Positions 36,900 to 45,456 of a stretch of DNA of 52,802 bases are shown piece by piece (the first letter of the stretch is position 1; the number at the start of each line of letters is the position of its first letter). The stretch is from contig JABJMA010000069.1 of assembly GCA_018659605.1 (NCBI GenBank), positions 1 through 52,802 of the forward strand. Reading direction: 5' to 3'. The notes beneath the pieces are model-generated. The model ran no database searches. It worked only from the letters and a program-made list of their open reading frames with translations, and was not told where the DNA came from. This stretch comes from Rickettsiales bacterium. GTDB lineage: Bacteria > Pseudomonadota > Alphaproteobacteria > Rickettsiales > JABIRX01. The position numbers and the translations under genes were made by a program.

Positions 36900-38111
36900 A
36901 TGACATTACTTCGCAATATTTTGATCAGTCTTATTTTATTCTGCGCAAGTCAGGCTATGGCCGCAAGCTTTGATGAATATTTATTGCGTTTGGAAAATCA
37001 TCCTCAGATTTTATCAATTTTAGCAGCTGCTGAAAGTTCAAATCAATTAGCTAAAGCTGCTATGGGGTTGCCTGATCCAGAAGTTATCTTGGGCGTTGAT
37101 AATGTTCCCGTGGATGATTTTCAGTTTGATCAATTTCTACCAACGGCTAAAGTTCTTGGCTTTAATCAGATGATTCCAAATCATGGTTTGCGCAAGGCTA
37201 AAGCTAACAAATATAGCAATATATCGGCTAAACAAAAGCTTGTTGCGGAATATCAATCTGCTCATTTAAAAGCTTACTTAATCACGGCTTTAGTTGAATT
37301 AGAAAAAGTAAAAAAGCTCGAGAAATATACTAAACAGCAATTAAAATTATATAAAAGTTTGGAAAACTATTTCGCTGGTCAACTTGAAGCCGGGCGTTCG
37401 ATATATGGTAGTTTTTCAGAAATGGATGTAGAGCGAGCAGAGATAGAACAAGATCTTAATAATTTGAAGTCTGAGCGTATTGCTATTGAAGCTGAGTTGA
37501 TTCGTTTAATTGATGAAGTACCCACTCTGACTATATCTAAAGTACAGTTAGTAAAATGGTCTGATGATTTAAACCAAATTTACCCAGTTAGGATTATGCG
37601 TGATGATTTAAAGATCGCTGATAGTAGTGTTACAATAGCGAATAAATCTTATAATTCAAATTATGGTATTAGCGCTTTATACAAACAGCGCGAGGAGGGT
37701 AGTGGTTATTCGGGCGAAGATTGGTTCTCTGTGCATACTGCGATATCAATACCATTATGGTATAATTCAAATCAACAACCTAAATTACGAGCGGCTATGG
37801 CTTCTAAACAAAAAGTTGCATTTTCATTAGATGATACGAAGCGGTTATGGAAAAAACAACTTACTATAATAATATCGAAGCGCAATACGGCATTAGAAAA
37901 TATCAAGCTTTTACAGAAAAAGCATAAAGCTATTAAAAATTTTGTTTCAAGTGCGAAACGTAATTATGAAGCTGGTAGCGCTGAATTAGAGTCGGTATTG
38001 GATGCAGAGATTAATGCGTTGACAATAGCATCTCAGCTAGAAAAACAGAAAAGCCGCTTTTTAAAATTATCAGCTTCATTTAACAGCCATATTATTCCAA
38101 ATATACAATGA
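36900..38111 (+). CDS. TolC-family outer membrane efflux protein (CusC-like)
   Basis: Signal peptide ending QAMA-A and two coiled-coil/OEP repeats. It lies immediately upstream of cusBA with a 4-nt overlap. Confidence 0.75.
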   Translation: MTLLRNILISLILFCASQAMAASFDEYLLRLENHPQILSILAAAESSNQLAKAAMGLPDPEVILGVDNVPVDDFQFDQFLPTAKVLGFNQMIPNHGLRKAKANKYSNISAKQKLVAEYQSAHLKAYLITALVELEKVKKLEKYTKQQLKLYKSLENYFAGQLEAGRSIYGSFSEMDVERAEIEQDLNNLKSERIAIEAELIRLIDEVPTLTISKVQLVKWSDDLNQIYPVRIMRDDLKIADSSVTIANKSYNSNYGISALYKQREEGSGYSGEDWFSVHTAISIPLWYNSNQQPKLRAAMASKQKVAFSLDDTKRLWKKQLTIIISKRNTALENIKLLQKKHKAIKNFVSSAKRNYEAGSAELESVLDAEINALTIASQLEKQKSRFLKLSASFNSHIIPNIQ

Positions 38112-39793
38112 GAAAAATAGTCTTTTTATGTCAGGTTCTATCGTTAATTTTTATATTTAACTCAAGCTTCGCAGCGGAAGAAAAATATTTCTGTCCTATG
38201 CATCCACATTATATAGCTACAGAACCTGGATCATGTCCTATTTGTGGAATGACTTTAGTCTTGCGAGAGGAAGAAGCTGCGGATGATTCTGTATCAGCGC
38301 AAACATCATCATCAGAATTAGCAGAAGGGGCTATCACTATTGCTCCAGAGACCATCCAGAATATTGGAGTTAGAACCGAGAAAGCGACTGCAGCATGGTT
38401 TGGAACTAGCATTAGAAGCTATGGCTTGGTAACAGAAAATGTGCGTATACAGCATGAGATATCTAGCAGAATTGCTGGCTGGATTGAGGATTTGAATGTA
38501 ACTGCGGTTGGCGATGAAGTAGTGAAGAATATGCAATTATTCACTATGTATAGTCCTGATTTAATCTCAGCTCAGCAAGATTATCTAGCAGCCATTAGCT
38601 CGGGATCCAGGGGCAGAATTACTTCAAGTGCTCATCGTTTAAAATCACTCGGTGTACAGGACAAAACATTAGGCCAAATTAAAAAGCTGAAAAGCAAATT
38701 GGAGTATGTGCCTTATTATGCAGAGGTGGATGGTATTATAAGTGGTTTAAATATTAAGCAAGGAACCTATATAAAATCTGGTATGCAGCTGGCTGTTATT
38801 CAAAATTATTCGAGCGTGTGGATTAATGTTTCCGTTGCAGAGAAAGATTTGGCTTTTCTAGTTAAAGATATGAAAGCAGAAGTAACATTACCTAATATGT
38901 CTAACGAAGTACGCAGCGCTAGAATAGATTATATTTATCCAACTATTGATAAATCGAGCCGAACCGGACAAGTGCGTTTGGTATTAGATAATCAAGATGG
39001 GGTGCTAAGGCCAGGGGCTTATGCAGATGTTGTGTTCGAAACCACGTCAAAGAAACGTTTAGCGGTAGCATCTGAGGCAATACTTCGCAGTTCAGATGGT
39101 AATTTTGTGGTAATAGCACTGGGTGATGGTCGTTTTAGATCGCAAAAAGTCAAAACAGGAATTTATAATAAAGGTTTGATTCAGGTTTTATCTGGGGTTG
39201 TAGAAGGTGATGAGATTGTGGTTAGTGGCCAATTTTTAATTGATTCAGAAAGTAATCTAAGCGAGTCTTTTAGAAAGATGCAGCGGTTGCAAGAACCATT
39301 AGCAGAATTAGTTTTGGATGATGATCAATTAAGATCTATAGATCATTTAATCGATAGCAGTATTTATATAGCAAAAACTCTAACCGGTAATACAGCAATC
39401 GATGTAAAAATGCTTGATCCAGCGCTAGCATTAAAAGAATATTTGTTAGTTAATTTTAGAGGCACCAAGCTAGAATTTGTTTTAGATAATGCGGAGGCCG
39501 CGATTGTACAAGCTAAGCAAGCAATTACTGATAAAGAATTACAAATAGCCTTAGCAAGTTTACTCGGCGCCCTAGAGCCATGGTTGCTTGAGGGGAAGCC
39601 AAGTTATTATCAAGCAAAAGGCTTAACATTATATACCGATGAGGTGAGTGGTAATTTATGGCTACAGCTTGAAGGTAAAGCTAATAATCCATATGGTATA
39701 GGCGATGCTGTCGTCAAACCTTGGCCGCAAGCTGAAACTCCAGAGGATGATATGCAAATGCCAAATATGTCAGAAGCGGATGCAGGAAATTAA
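38108..39793 (+). CDS. cusB: Efflux RND periplasmic adaptor (CusB-like) with N-terminal heavy-metal-binding domain and long C-terminal extension
   Basis: YFCPMHPHYIATEPGSCPICGMTL (CP..H....PG.CP.CGM motif), an HlyD/MFP core (MYSPDLISAQQDYL, GQFLIDSESNL), and about 170 additional mostly helical residues ending MQMPNMSEADAGN. Confidence 0.85.
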   Translation: MRKIVFLCQVLSLIFIFNSSFAAEEKYFCPMHPHYIATEPGSCPICGMTLVLREEEAADDSVSAQTSSSELAEGAITIAPETIQNIGVRTEKATAAWFGTSIRSYGLVTENVRIQHEISSRIAGWIEDLNVTAVGDEVVKNMQLFTMYSPDLISAQQDYLAAISSGSRGRITSSAHRLKSLGVQDKTLGQIKKLKSKLEYVPYYAEVDGIISGLNIKQGTYIKSGMQLAVIQNYSSVWINVSVAEKDLAFLVKDMKAEVTLPNMSNEVRSARIDYIYPTIDKSSRTGQVRLVLDNQDGVLRPGAYADVVFETTSKKRLAVASEAILRSSDGNFVVIALGDGRFRSQKVKTGIYNKGLIQVLSGVVEGDEIVVSGQFLIDSESNLSESFRKMQRLQEPLAELVLDDDQLRSIDHLIDSSIYIAKTLTGNTAIDVKMLDPALALKEYLLVNFRGTKLEFVLDNAEAAIVQAKQAITDKELQIALASLLGALEPWLLEGKPSYYQAKGLTLYTDEVSGNLWLQLEGKANNPYGIGDAVVKPWPQAETPEDDMQMPNMSEADAGN

Positions 39794-42700
39794 AAATAAA
39801 ATACATGATCCTCGGGATTCTCTAGTAGCAAAAGTTATTGAGTGGTCTGTATCAAATCAGCTTTTGGTAGTTGCGGCTATGATTGCATTATTAGTTGCTG
39901 GTGTACTCGCCGTAAAGAATGCGCCGCTTGATGCTATACCTGACTTATCTGATACTCAGGTGATTATCCGGACTGAGTTCCCTGGTCAATCACCGCAGAT
40001 AGTTGAAGATTTAGTTACATATCCGCTTTCAACAACAATGCTTGGTTTGCCTAAAACTAAAGATGTACGCGGTTACTCCATGTTTGGTACATCATTTATA
40101 TATATTATTTTTGAGGATGATGTTGACCAATATTGGGCAAGGAGCCGAGTTACAGAAGCTCTGGTTAAAATCCAAGGTGATCTGCCAGATAACGCTAGGC
40201 CGCAAATGGGCCCAGACGCTACAGGCGTTGGTTGGGTATATCAATATGCGCTGATTGATAAAACAGGTAAATATGATTTGGCCTATCTGAGATCGTTACA
40301 AGATTGGTTTTTAAAGTTTGAGCTTGCGACTGTAGATGGAGTTTCTGAGGTTGCGTCCGTTGGTGGTTTTGTCAAAGAATATCAGGTCTTGGTCGATCCA
40401 AATCGCCTAAGAGCTTATAACGTTCCCCTGCACCGTATTACTAATGCGGTTAGAGCTGCGAGTAAGGAAGTGGGCGGGAGAGTCATAGAGCAAGGCGAGA
40501 TGGAATTAATGATTCGCTCAAAAGGTTATATAACCAACATCGAAGATTTACGTAATATTGTGGTCTTTGCCAAGGAAGGGACACCGGTTATCCTTGGGGA
40601 TGTAGCACAAATTATTGAAGGTCCGGAGCTAAGGCGTGGGGTCGTTGAATTAAATGGTGAAGGTGAAGTTGTTAGCGGCATTGTTATTATGCGCTCTGGC
40701 GAGAATGCACTTTCAGTTATTGAAGGTGTAAAGGCTAAGCTCGAAGAGCTAAAAGAAGGTTTACCTGAAGGTGTTGAGATTGAAACTGTTTATGATAGAG
40801 CGCCTTTAATTGAGGGAGCGGTTACATATTTAAAGCATAAACTTATCGAAGAAGGTTTGGTTGTTGCGTTTGTATGTTTAATATTTTTGTTGCATATCAG
40901 ATCAGCCTTAGTTGCGATTATCACGCTGCCATTAGGTGTGCTTGCGGCTTTTATCATTATGTCATATCAAGGTATTACGGCAAATATCATGTCACTTGGT
41001 GGTATTGCAATTGCAATTGGTGTGATGGTTGATGCCTCGGTTGTGATGGTTGAGAATGCCCATAGGAAAATTTCTGACATGCCAAAAGATAGCTCAAAAC
41101 GGGCTAAGCAAGCAGCAATATTATTAGCTGCCAAAGAAGTTGGACCTGGACTTTTCTTCTCGCTTTTGATTATTACAGTTTCATTCTTGCCGGTATTTGC
41201 TTTAACCGGGCAATCATACAAGTTATTCTCACCACTTGCTTTTACCAAAACATACGCAATGGCATTTGCCTCTATTTTATCGATAACTATTGTACCGATC
41301 TTAATGCTATGGTTGATTAAAGGGCGCATCCGTAAAGAGTCAGAAAATCCGATTAATAGATGGTTTATTAAATTATATACACCATTGCTTGAAAAAGCTT
41401 TGCGCTTTAAAGGGACGAGCATCTTTTTATCCATCATGTTATTATTGAGTTTGGCCTGGCCATTAGCTAAAACTGGCTCAGAATTTATGCCGGCCTTATA
41501 TGAAGGTGAGTTGCTTTATATGCCGACAATGCTTCCGGGTGTATCCATTGCTAAAGCCAAAGAAGTATTAGCGCAAACTAATCGTTTAATCAAAACTGTT
41601 CCAGAAGTAGAGCGAGTATTTGGTAAAGTTGGAAGGGCTGATACTGCAACAGATCCAGCGCCAATTTCGATGATTGAAACTTGGATAAAATTAAGGCCAA
41701 AAGAAGCATGGCGTAAAAACTTAACAATCACAGAATTAACTAAAGAGATAGATGGGAGATTAAAATTACCAGGATTGGTTAATAGTTTTGGTTATCCAAT
41801 TAAGATTCGTATGGATATGATCTCTACTGGTATTAGAACACCTGTTGGAATTAAAATATCTGGATCTGACTTAGCTCAAATTAATAAAATTGTTTTAGAT
41901 GTTGAGGAAGCTGTTAAAAATGTTCCGGGTACAAGATCTGCTTTTGCTGATCGTGTTATTGGTGGTAAATATTTAGAGATAACTCCGGATCGTAATGAGT
42001 TAGCGCGGCAGAATATTGATTTAGAGATGTTCCAAAATATTATTCAAACCTCTCTTGGAGGTATGAAAATTTCTGAATCGGTACAGGGCCGAGAACGTTA
42101 TAATATTATGCTCAGATATGAGAGGAGGTTTAGGGAGGCGCCATCAGATCTAGCTAATATTTTAGTTCCAACACCGCAAGGTCAGCATATTCCTCTAGGT
42201 GAATTAGCTACAATAGCATTTACCGAAGGCCCACCAATGATTAAATCAGAAAATGCGCGTTTAACAGGTTGGGTATTTGTTGATATTGCAGGTAGAGATA
42301 TTGGTTCATATGTAGCAGATGCGCAAAAAATTGTTGCAGATAAGGTTAAATTACCTGCTGGAAATTCAATTAGTTGGTCAGGTCAGTTTGAGCAAATGCT
42401 TGAAGCAGAAAAGCGTATGCGTATTGCTATTCCGTCAGCCATTTTGATAATATTTTTACTATTGATGCTACATTTTGGCTCGGTGGATCGAACTTTAATG
42501 GTGATGATCTCACTGCCATTTGGTTTAATAGGAGGTGTTTGGGCATTATATTTAGCCGATTATAATTTTTCTGTTGCAGTAGGCGTTGGCTTTATTGCTC
42601 TGGGCGGAATAGCAACTGAAACGGCAGTTGTGATGTTAATTTATCTAGATCAGAAAATGCTCGATATGCCACCAAATACGCTGAAAGATTTGCGTAGTAA

Positions 42701-42926
42701 TGTTATACATGGAGCGGTGCTTAGGGTGCGCCCAAAACTTATGACCGTATCTGTTACTATGGCAGGATTAATGCCAATATTCGTAACCGATGGCCTCGGA
42801 TCAGACGTATTGCGCCGTATCGCTTTGCCTATGGTTGGTGGTATGGTTACAACGACAATCCTAACCCTTATTATAATACCAGTGATTTATTATATCTGGG
42901 AAGGTCGTAGATTTGATAAAGGATAA
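39780..42926 (+). CDS. cusA: Cu(I)/Ag(I) efflux RND transporter CusA
   Basis: HME-RND with GELLYMPTMLPGVS and DPAPISMIETWIKLRPKEAW, which match the E. coli CusA Met-cluster regions. The start is set at the ATG at 39780 (MQEIKNKIHDP...), overlapping the cusB stop. The ORF-track start at 39705 lies inside cusB. Confidence 0.92.
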   Translation: MQEIKNKIHDPRDSLVAKVIEWSVSNQLLVVAAMIALLVAGVLAVKNAPLDAIPDLSDTQVIIRTEFPGQSPQIVEDLVTYPLSTTMLGLPKTKDVRGYSMFGTSFIYIIFEDDVDQYWARSRVTEALVKIQGDLPDNARPQMGPDATGVGWVYQYALIDKTGKYDLAYLRSLQDWFLKFELATVDGVSEVASVGGFVKEYQVLVDPNRLRAYNVPLHRITNAVRAASKEVGGRVIEQGEMELMIRSKGYITNIEDLRNIVVFAKEGTPVILGDVAQIIEGPELRRGVVELNGEGEVVSGIVIMRSGENALSVIEGVKAKLEELKEGLPEGVEIETVYDRAPLIEGAVTYLKHKLIEEGLVVAFVCLIFLLHIRSALVAIITLPLGVLAAFIIMSYQGITANIMSLGGIAIAIGVMVDASVVMVENAHRKISDMPKDSSKRAKQAAILLAAKEVGPGLFFSLLIITVSFLPVFALTGQSYKLFSPLAFTKTYAMAFASILSITIVPILMLWLIKGRIRKESENPINRWFIKLYTPLLEKALRFKGTSIFLSIMLLLSLAWPLAKTGSEFMPALYEGELLYMPTMLPGVSIAKAKEVLAQTNRLIKTVPEVERVFGKVGRADTATDPAPISMIETWIKLRPKEAWRKNLTITELTKEIDGRLKLPGLVNSFGYPIKIRMDMISTGIRTPVGIKISGSDLAQINKIVLDVEEAVKNVPGTRSAFADRVIGGKYLEITPDRNELARQNIDLEMFQNIIQTSLGGMKISESVQGRERYNIMLRYERRFREAPSDLANILVPTPQGQHIPLGELATIAFTEGPPMIKSENARLTGWVFVDIAGRDIGSYVADAQKIVADKVKLPAGNSISWSGQFEQMLEAEKRMRIAIPSAILIIFLLLMLHFGSVDRTLMVMISLPFGLIGGVWALYLADYNFSVAVGVGFIALGGIATETAVVMLIYLDQKMLDMPPNTLKDLRSNVIHGAVLRVRPKLMTVSVTMAGLMPIFVTDGLGSDVLRRIALPMVGGMVTTTILTLIIIPVIYYIWEGRRFDKG

Positions 42927-43050
42927 TTTTATTTATTATCCTAGGGGTAGGAGAACCCATCTTATACCATCATCTCTTTGGCCGGGTAAGGCGGGGAATT
43001 ATCCTCAAGATCTAAGGGCTACAGCATGCGTATAACAATTAATTTTATAG

Positions 43051-43079
43051 TTGACAGTTGGTTGATTTGGCCTTAAAAA
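43051..43079 (+). promoter_or_regulatory. Candidate sigma70-type promoter for the cys leader/operon
   Basis: TTGACA at 43051-43056, an exact 17-nt spacer and TAAAAA at 43074-43079. It lies 26 nt upstream of the uORF ATG. Sequence-only prediction. Confidence 0.35.
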
Positions 43080-43104
43080 CTATCTCATTAATAAAAATTT
43101 ACTA

Positions 43105-43191
43105 ATGAACACAAATTATAAAAATATAGTTTCATCAAATGCTTCCGGCGCTATGTCATCTGTGTATTGCTGTCTGTGTTGTTGTTGCTAA
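43105..43191 (+). CDS. 28-codon upstream ORF MNTNYKNIVSSNASGAMSSVYCCLCCCC; candidate Cys leader peptide
   Basis: ATG at 43105 and TAA at 43189-43191. Six of the last seven sense codons are Cys (TGC TGT CTG TGT TGT TGT TGC). It ends 67 nt before the cysG ATG on the same strand. There is no clear Shine-Dalgarno sequence. Confidence 0.45.
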   Translation: MNTNYKNIVSSNASGAMSSVYCCLCCCC

Positions 43192-43258
43192 TTATTAGCA
43201 TTTGATCCGTTCCTTTTGATTTTTATTACTTTTGCCTTTTGAGGCTCCCCTTTTTTAG

Positions 43259-44722
43259 ATGACAAATTCCCAAAATAACCCTAGCGATATCAAACAAGAT
43301 CAATATTTGCCGGTATTTTTATCTACAGATAAAAGTAAAATTTTATTGGTTGGTGGTGGTGCTATTGCGGTGGCTAAGTTACGCCTAATCACTGATTTTG
43401 CTAGTGATATTACAGTAATTGCCAAAGAAGTTCATGATGAGATTAAGCTTTTAGCAGAAAGTAAAGATTTTAAAATAATTGAAGCAGAATTTGCATTGGA
43501 TCAACTTGGTGGTTTTGATATTATTGTGGCGGCAACGGATGACTCTAAGGTAAATGCGGAGATCTCAAAGCATGCAAAACAGCAAAATATTTTGGTGAAT
43601 GTGGTTGATGATAGCTCGCTCAGTAACTTTATTTTTGGCTCAGTTGTTAAAAGAGATAATCTGACAGTTGCTATCTCATCAAATGGTATTTCGCCAGTGT
43701 TAACACGTTTGATTAAGCAAAAGATTGAGCATCTCTTACCTATGACTTTGGGTAAGTTAACCAACTTTATTGCTAAATATCGTGATCAGGTCAAGCAGTC
43801 CCTAACAAATATACAGGCGCGTCGCTTGTTTTGGCAGGATGTAATTGAAGGTAACATTGCAGAAGAAGTGTATATTGGTAATGAACAAAAAGCCGGCGAG
43901 TTATTAGTAGGCGCATTGAGTGATACAGATGATAAAAACACAGCAGCTTTATATTTAATAGGAGCTGGTCCTGGGGACCCTGATTTAATTACTTTAAAAG
44001 CATCACGCCTTATCGCAAAAGCGGATGTTATTTTATATGATAGATTAGTTTCAAAAGAGCTGTTTAATTTTGCGCGCAAAGAAGTAATAAAGATTAATGT
44101 TGGTAAAACGAAAAGCCTGCATCGTTATCGTCAAAGTGAGACTAATGAGCTGATTAAAGAATATGGTAAGAAGGGTAAGATCATTGTTCGATTAAAAGGC
44201 GGTGATACTGCAGTTTTTGCTAATTTGATAGATGAGATTGAAGCTGCAAAAGAAATTAACATCCCATATCAAATAGTTCCAGGGATCACTGCAGCCAGTG
44301 GAGCTGCAGCATATTTGGGCATAGCTTTAACAATAAGGGATGAAGTTAGATCAGTTCGCTACCTGACTTATTATGAGAAGGATTTACTAAGAGAAGATTA
44401 TTGGCAAGAATTAGCGGGTTCAACAGATAGTTTGGTATTTTATATGTCGACCCATCATATTGAAGAGATTATAAATCAGCTGCTTAAATATGATATGGAT
44501 GGCTCCACTCCTATCATTGCGGTGTCCCAGGCTACCACCCCGTTTCAAGCAGAATATCTAGCAACATTAGCGGATTTTAATAATAAATATCGCAATCATA
44601 AATTTGCTTCACCAACTATTGTAATTATTGGAAAAGCAGTTAATAACTATAAGGATTTTTCTTGGCATGAATCTAGTAAAATAGAGGGATTATATTTTGA
44701 TCAATTGGAGGCAAGAACTTAA
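43259..44722 (+). CDS. cysG: Siroheme synthase (precorrin-2 dehydrogenase/ferrochelatase + uroporphyrinogen-III C-methyltransferase)
   Basis: N-terminal LPVFLSTDKSKILLVGGGAIAVAKL Rossmann motif and C-terminal methylase LYLIGAGPGDPDLITLKA. 487 aa. Confidence 0.92.
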   Translation: MTNSQNNPSDIKQDQYLPVFLSTDKSKILLVGGGAIAVAKLRLITDFASDITVIAKEVHDEIKLLAESKDFKIIEAEFALDQLGGFDIIVAATDDSKVNAEISKHAKQQNILVNVVDDSSLSNFIFGSVVKRDNLTVAISSNGISPVLTRLIKQKIEHLLPMTLGKLTNFIAKYRDQVKQSLTNIQARRLFWQDVIEGNIAEEVYIGNEQKAGELLVGALSDTDDKNTAALYLIGAGPGDPDLITLKASRLIAKADVILYDRLVSKELFNFARKEVIKINVGKTKSLHRYRQSETNELIKEYGKKGKIIVRLKGGDTAVFANLIDEIEAAKEINIPYQIVPGITAASGAAAYLGIALTIRDEVRSVRYLTYYEKDLLREDYWQELAGSTDSLVFYMSTHHIEEIINQLLKYDMDGSTPIIAVSQATTPFQAEYLATLADFNNKYRNHKFASPTIVIIGKAVNNYKDFSWHESSKIEGLYFDQLEART

Positions 44723-45456
44723 TGGATAAAGATTTAGAATTATATATTGAGAATCTTTCAGTGACTAAAAAACTCTCTTGGAGTGAGCGTTTGGAATTTG
44801 TATCTAAAGAATTTCCAGGACGAGCTATATTTTCAACAAGTTTTAGTATTGAGGATCAGATTATTACTCACATTATCGGAACAAATAAGCTCGATATTGA
44901 TATTTTTACTTTAGATACGGGTAGAATGTTTGATGAAACATACGAAGTTTGGCAACAAACAAAAGAGAAGTATAATATTAATATCAAGCCATATTATCCT
45001 GATAGCGATAGGCTGAAAGAATATGTAGAAACTAATGGTATTAATGCATTTTATGAAAGCAAAGATCTGCGTTTATCTTGTTGCGGCATCAGGAAGGTTG
45101 AGCCATTAAAGCGGGCTTTGCAAGGCTATGATGTTTGGATAAGTGGCCTGCGTACTTCGCAATCCAAAGGCAGAGATGATAAGGATTTGTACGAAATAGA
45201 TTCTACTTTTGAAGTCGTCAAACTCTATCCGATCTTAGAATTAAGCGATGATCAAATATGGGCATTTATTAAGAAAGAAGATATTCCATATAATAAATTG
45301 TATGATAAAGGTTTTACATCAATAGGCTGTGCTCCATGCTCGCAGGTGCCAACCGACCCAGATGATCCACGCTCTGGTCGATGGTGGTGGGAAGATGAAA
45401 ATCAAAAAGAATGTGGATTACATATGGTTGATGGTAAATTAGTGAGGAAAAAATAA
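44722..45456 (+). CDS. cysH: Assimilatory adenylylsulfate (APS)-type reductase CysH with Fe-S cluster cysteines
   Basis: PAPS_reduct fold with a C-terminal ECGLH motif. It also carries the CC...CxxC set (SCCGIRKVEPL and SIGCAPCS) characteristic of [4Fe-4S] APS reductases. Confidence 0.88.
   Translation: MDKDLELYIENLSVTKKLSWSERLEFVSKEFPGRAIFSTSFSIEDQIITHIIGTNKLDIDIFTLDTGRMFDETYEVWQQTKEKYNINIKPYYPDSDRLKEYVETNGINAFYESKDLRLSCCGIRKVEPLKRALQGYDVWISGLRTSQSKGRDDKDLYEIDSTFEVVKLYPILELSDDQIWAFIKKEDIPYNKLYDKGFTSIGCAPCSQVPTDPDDPRSGRWWWEDENQKECGLHMVDGKLVRKK

Noticed and set aside
39705-39779. N-terminal 25-codon extension of cusA given in the ORF track (MLSSNLGRKLKLQRMICKCQICQKR)
   Set aside because: It lies entirely inside the cusB coding region in another frame. 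The ATG at 39780 gives the canonical CusA N-terminus and an ATG/stop overlap with cusB.
42927-43050. Possible decayed copy of the MITE-like element between cusA and the cys promoter (CCTAGGGGTAGGAGAACCC ... GGCCGGGTAAGGCGGGGAAT)
   Set aside because: It resembles the arms only loosely and lacks the conserved core. It is too degenerate to call, and could equally be a cusA terminator region.
43192-43258. Classical Rho-independent terminator/antiterminator pair downstream of the Cys-rich uORF
   Set aside because: Only 3-5 bp stems are visible, and the T6 run is not directly preceded by a stable GC hairpin. The leader-peptide hypothesis is kept as a finding, but a textbook attenuator structure cannot be claimed.
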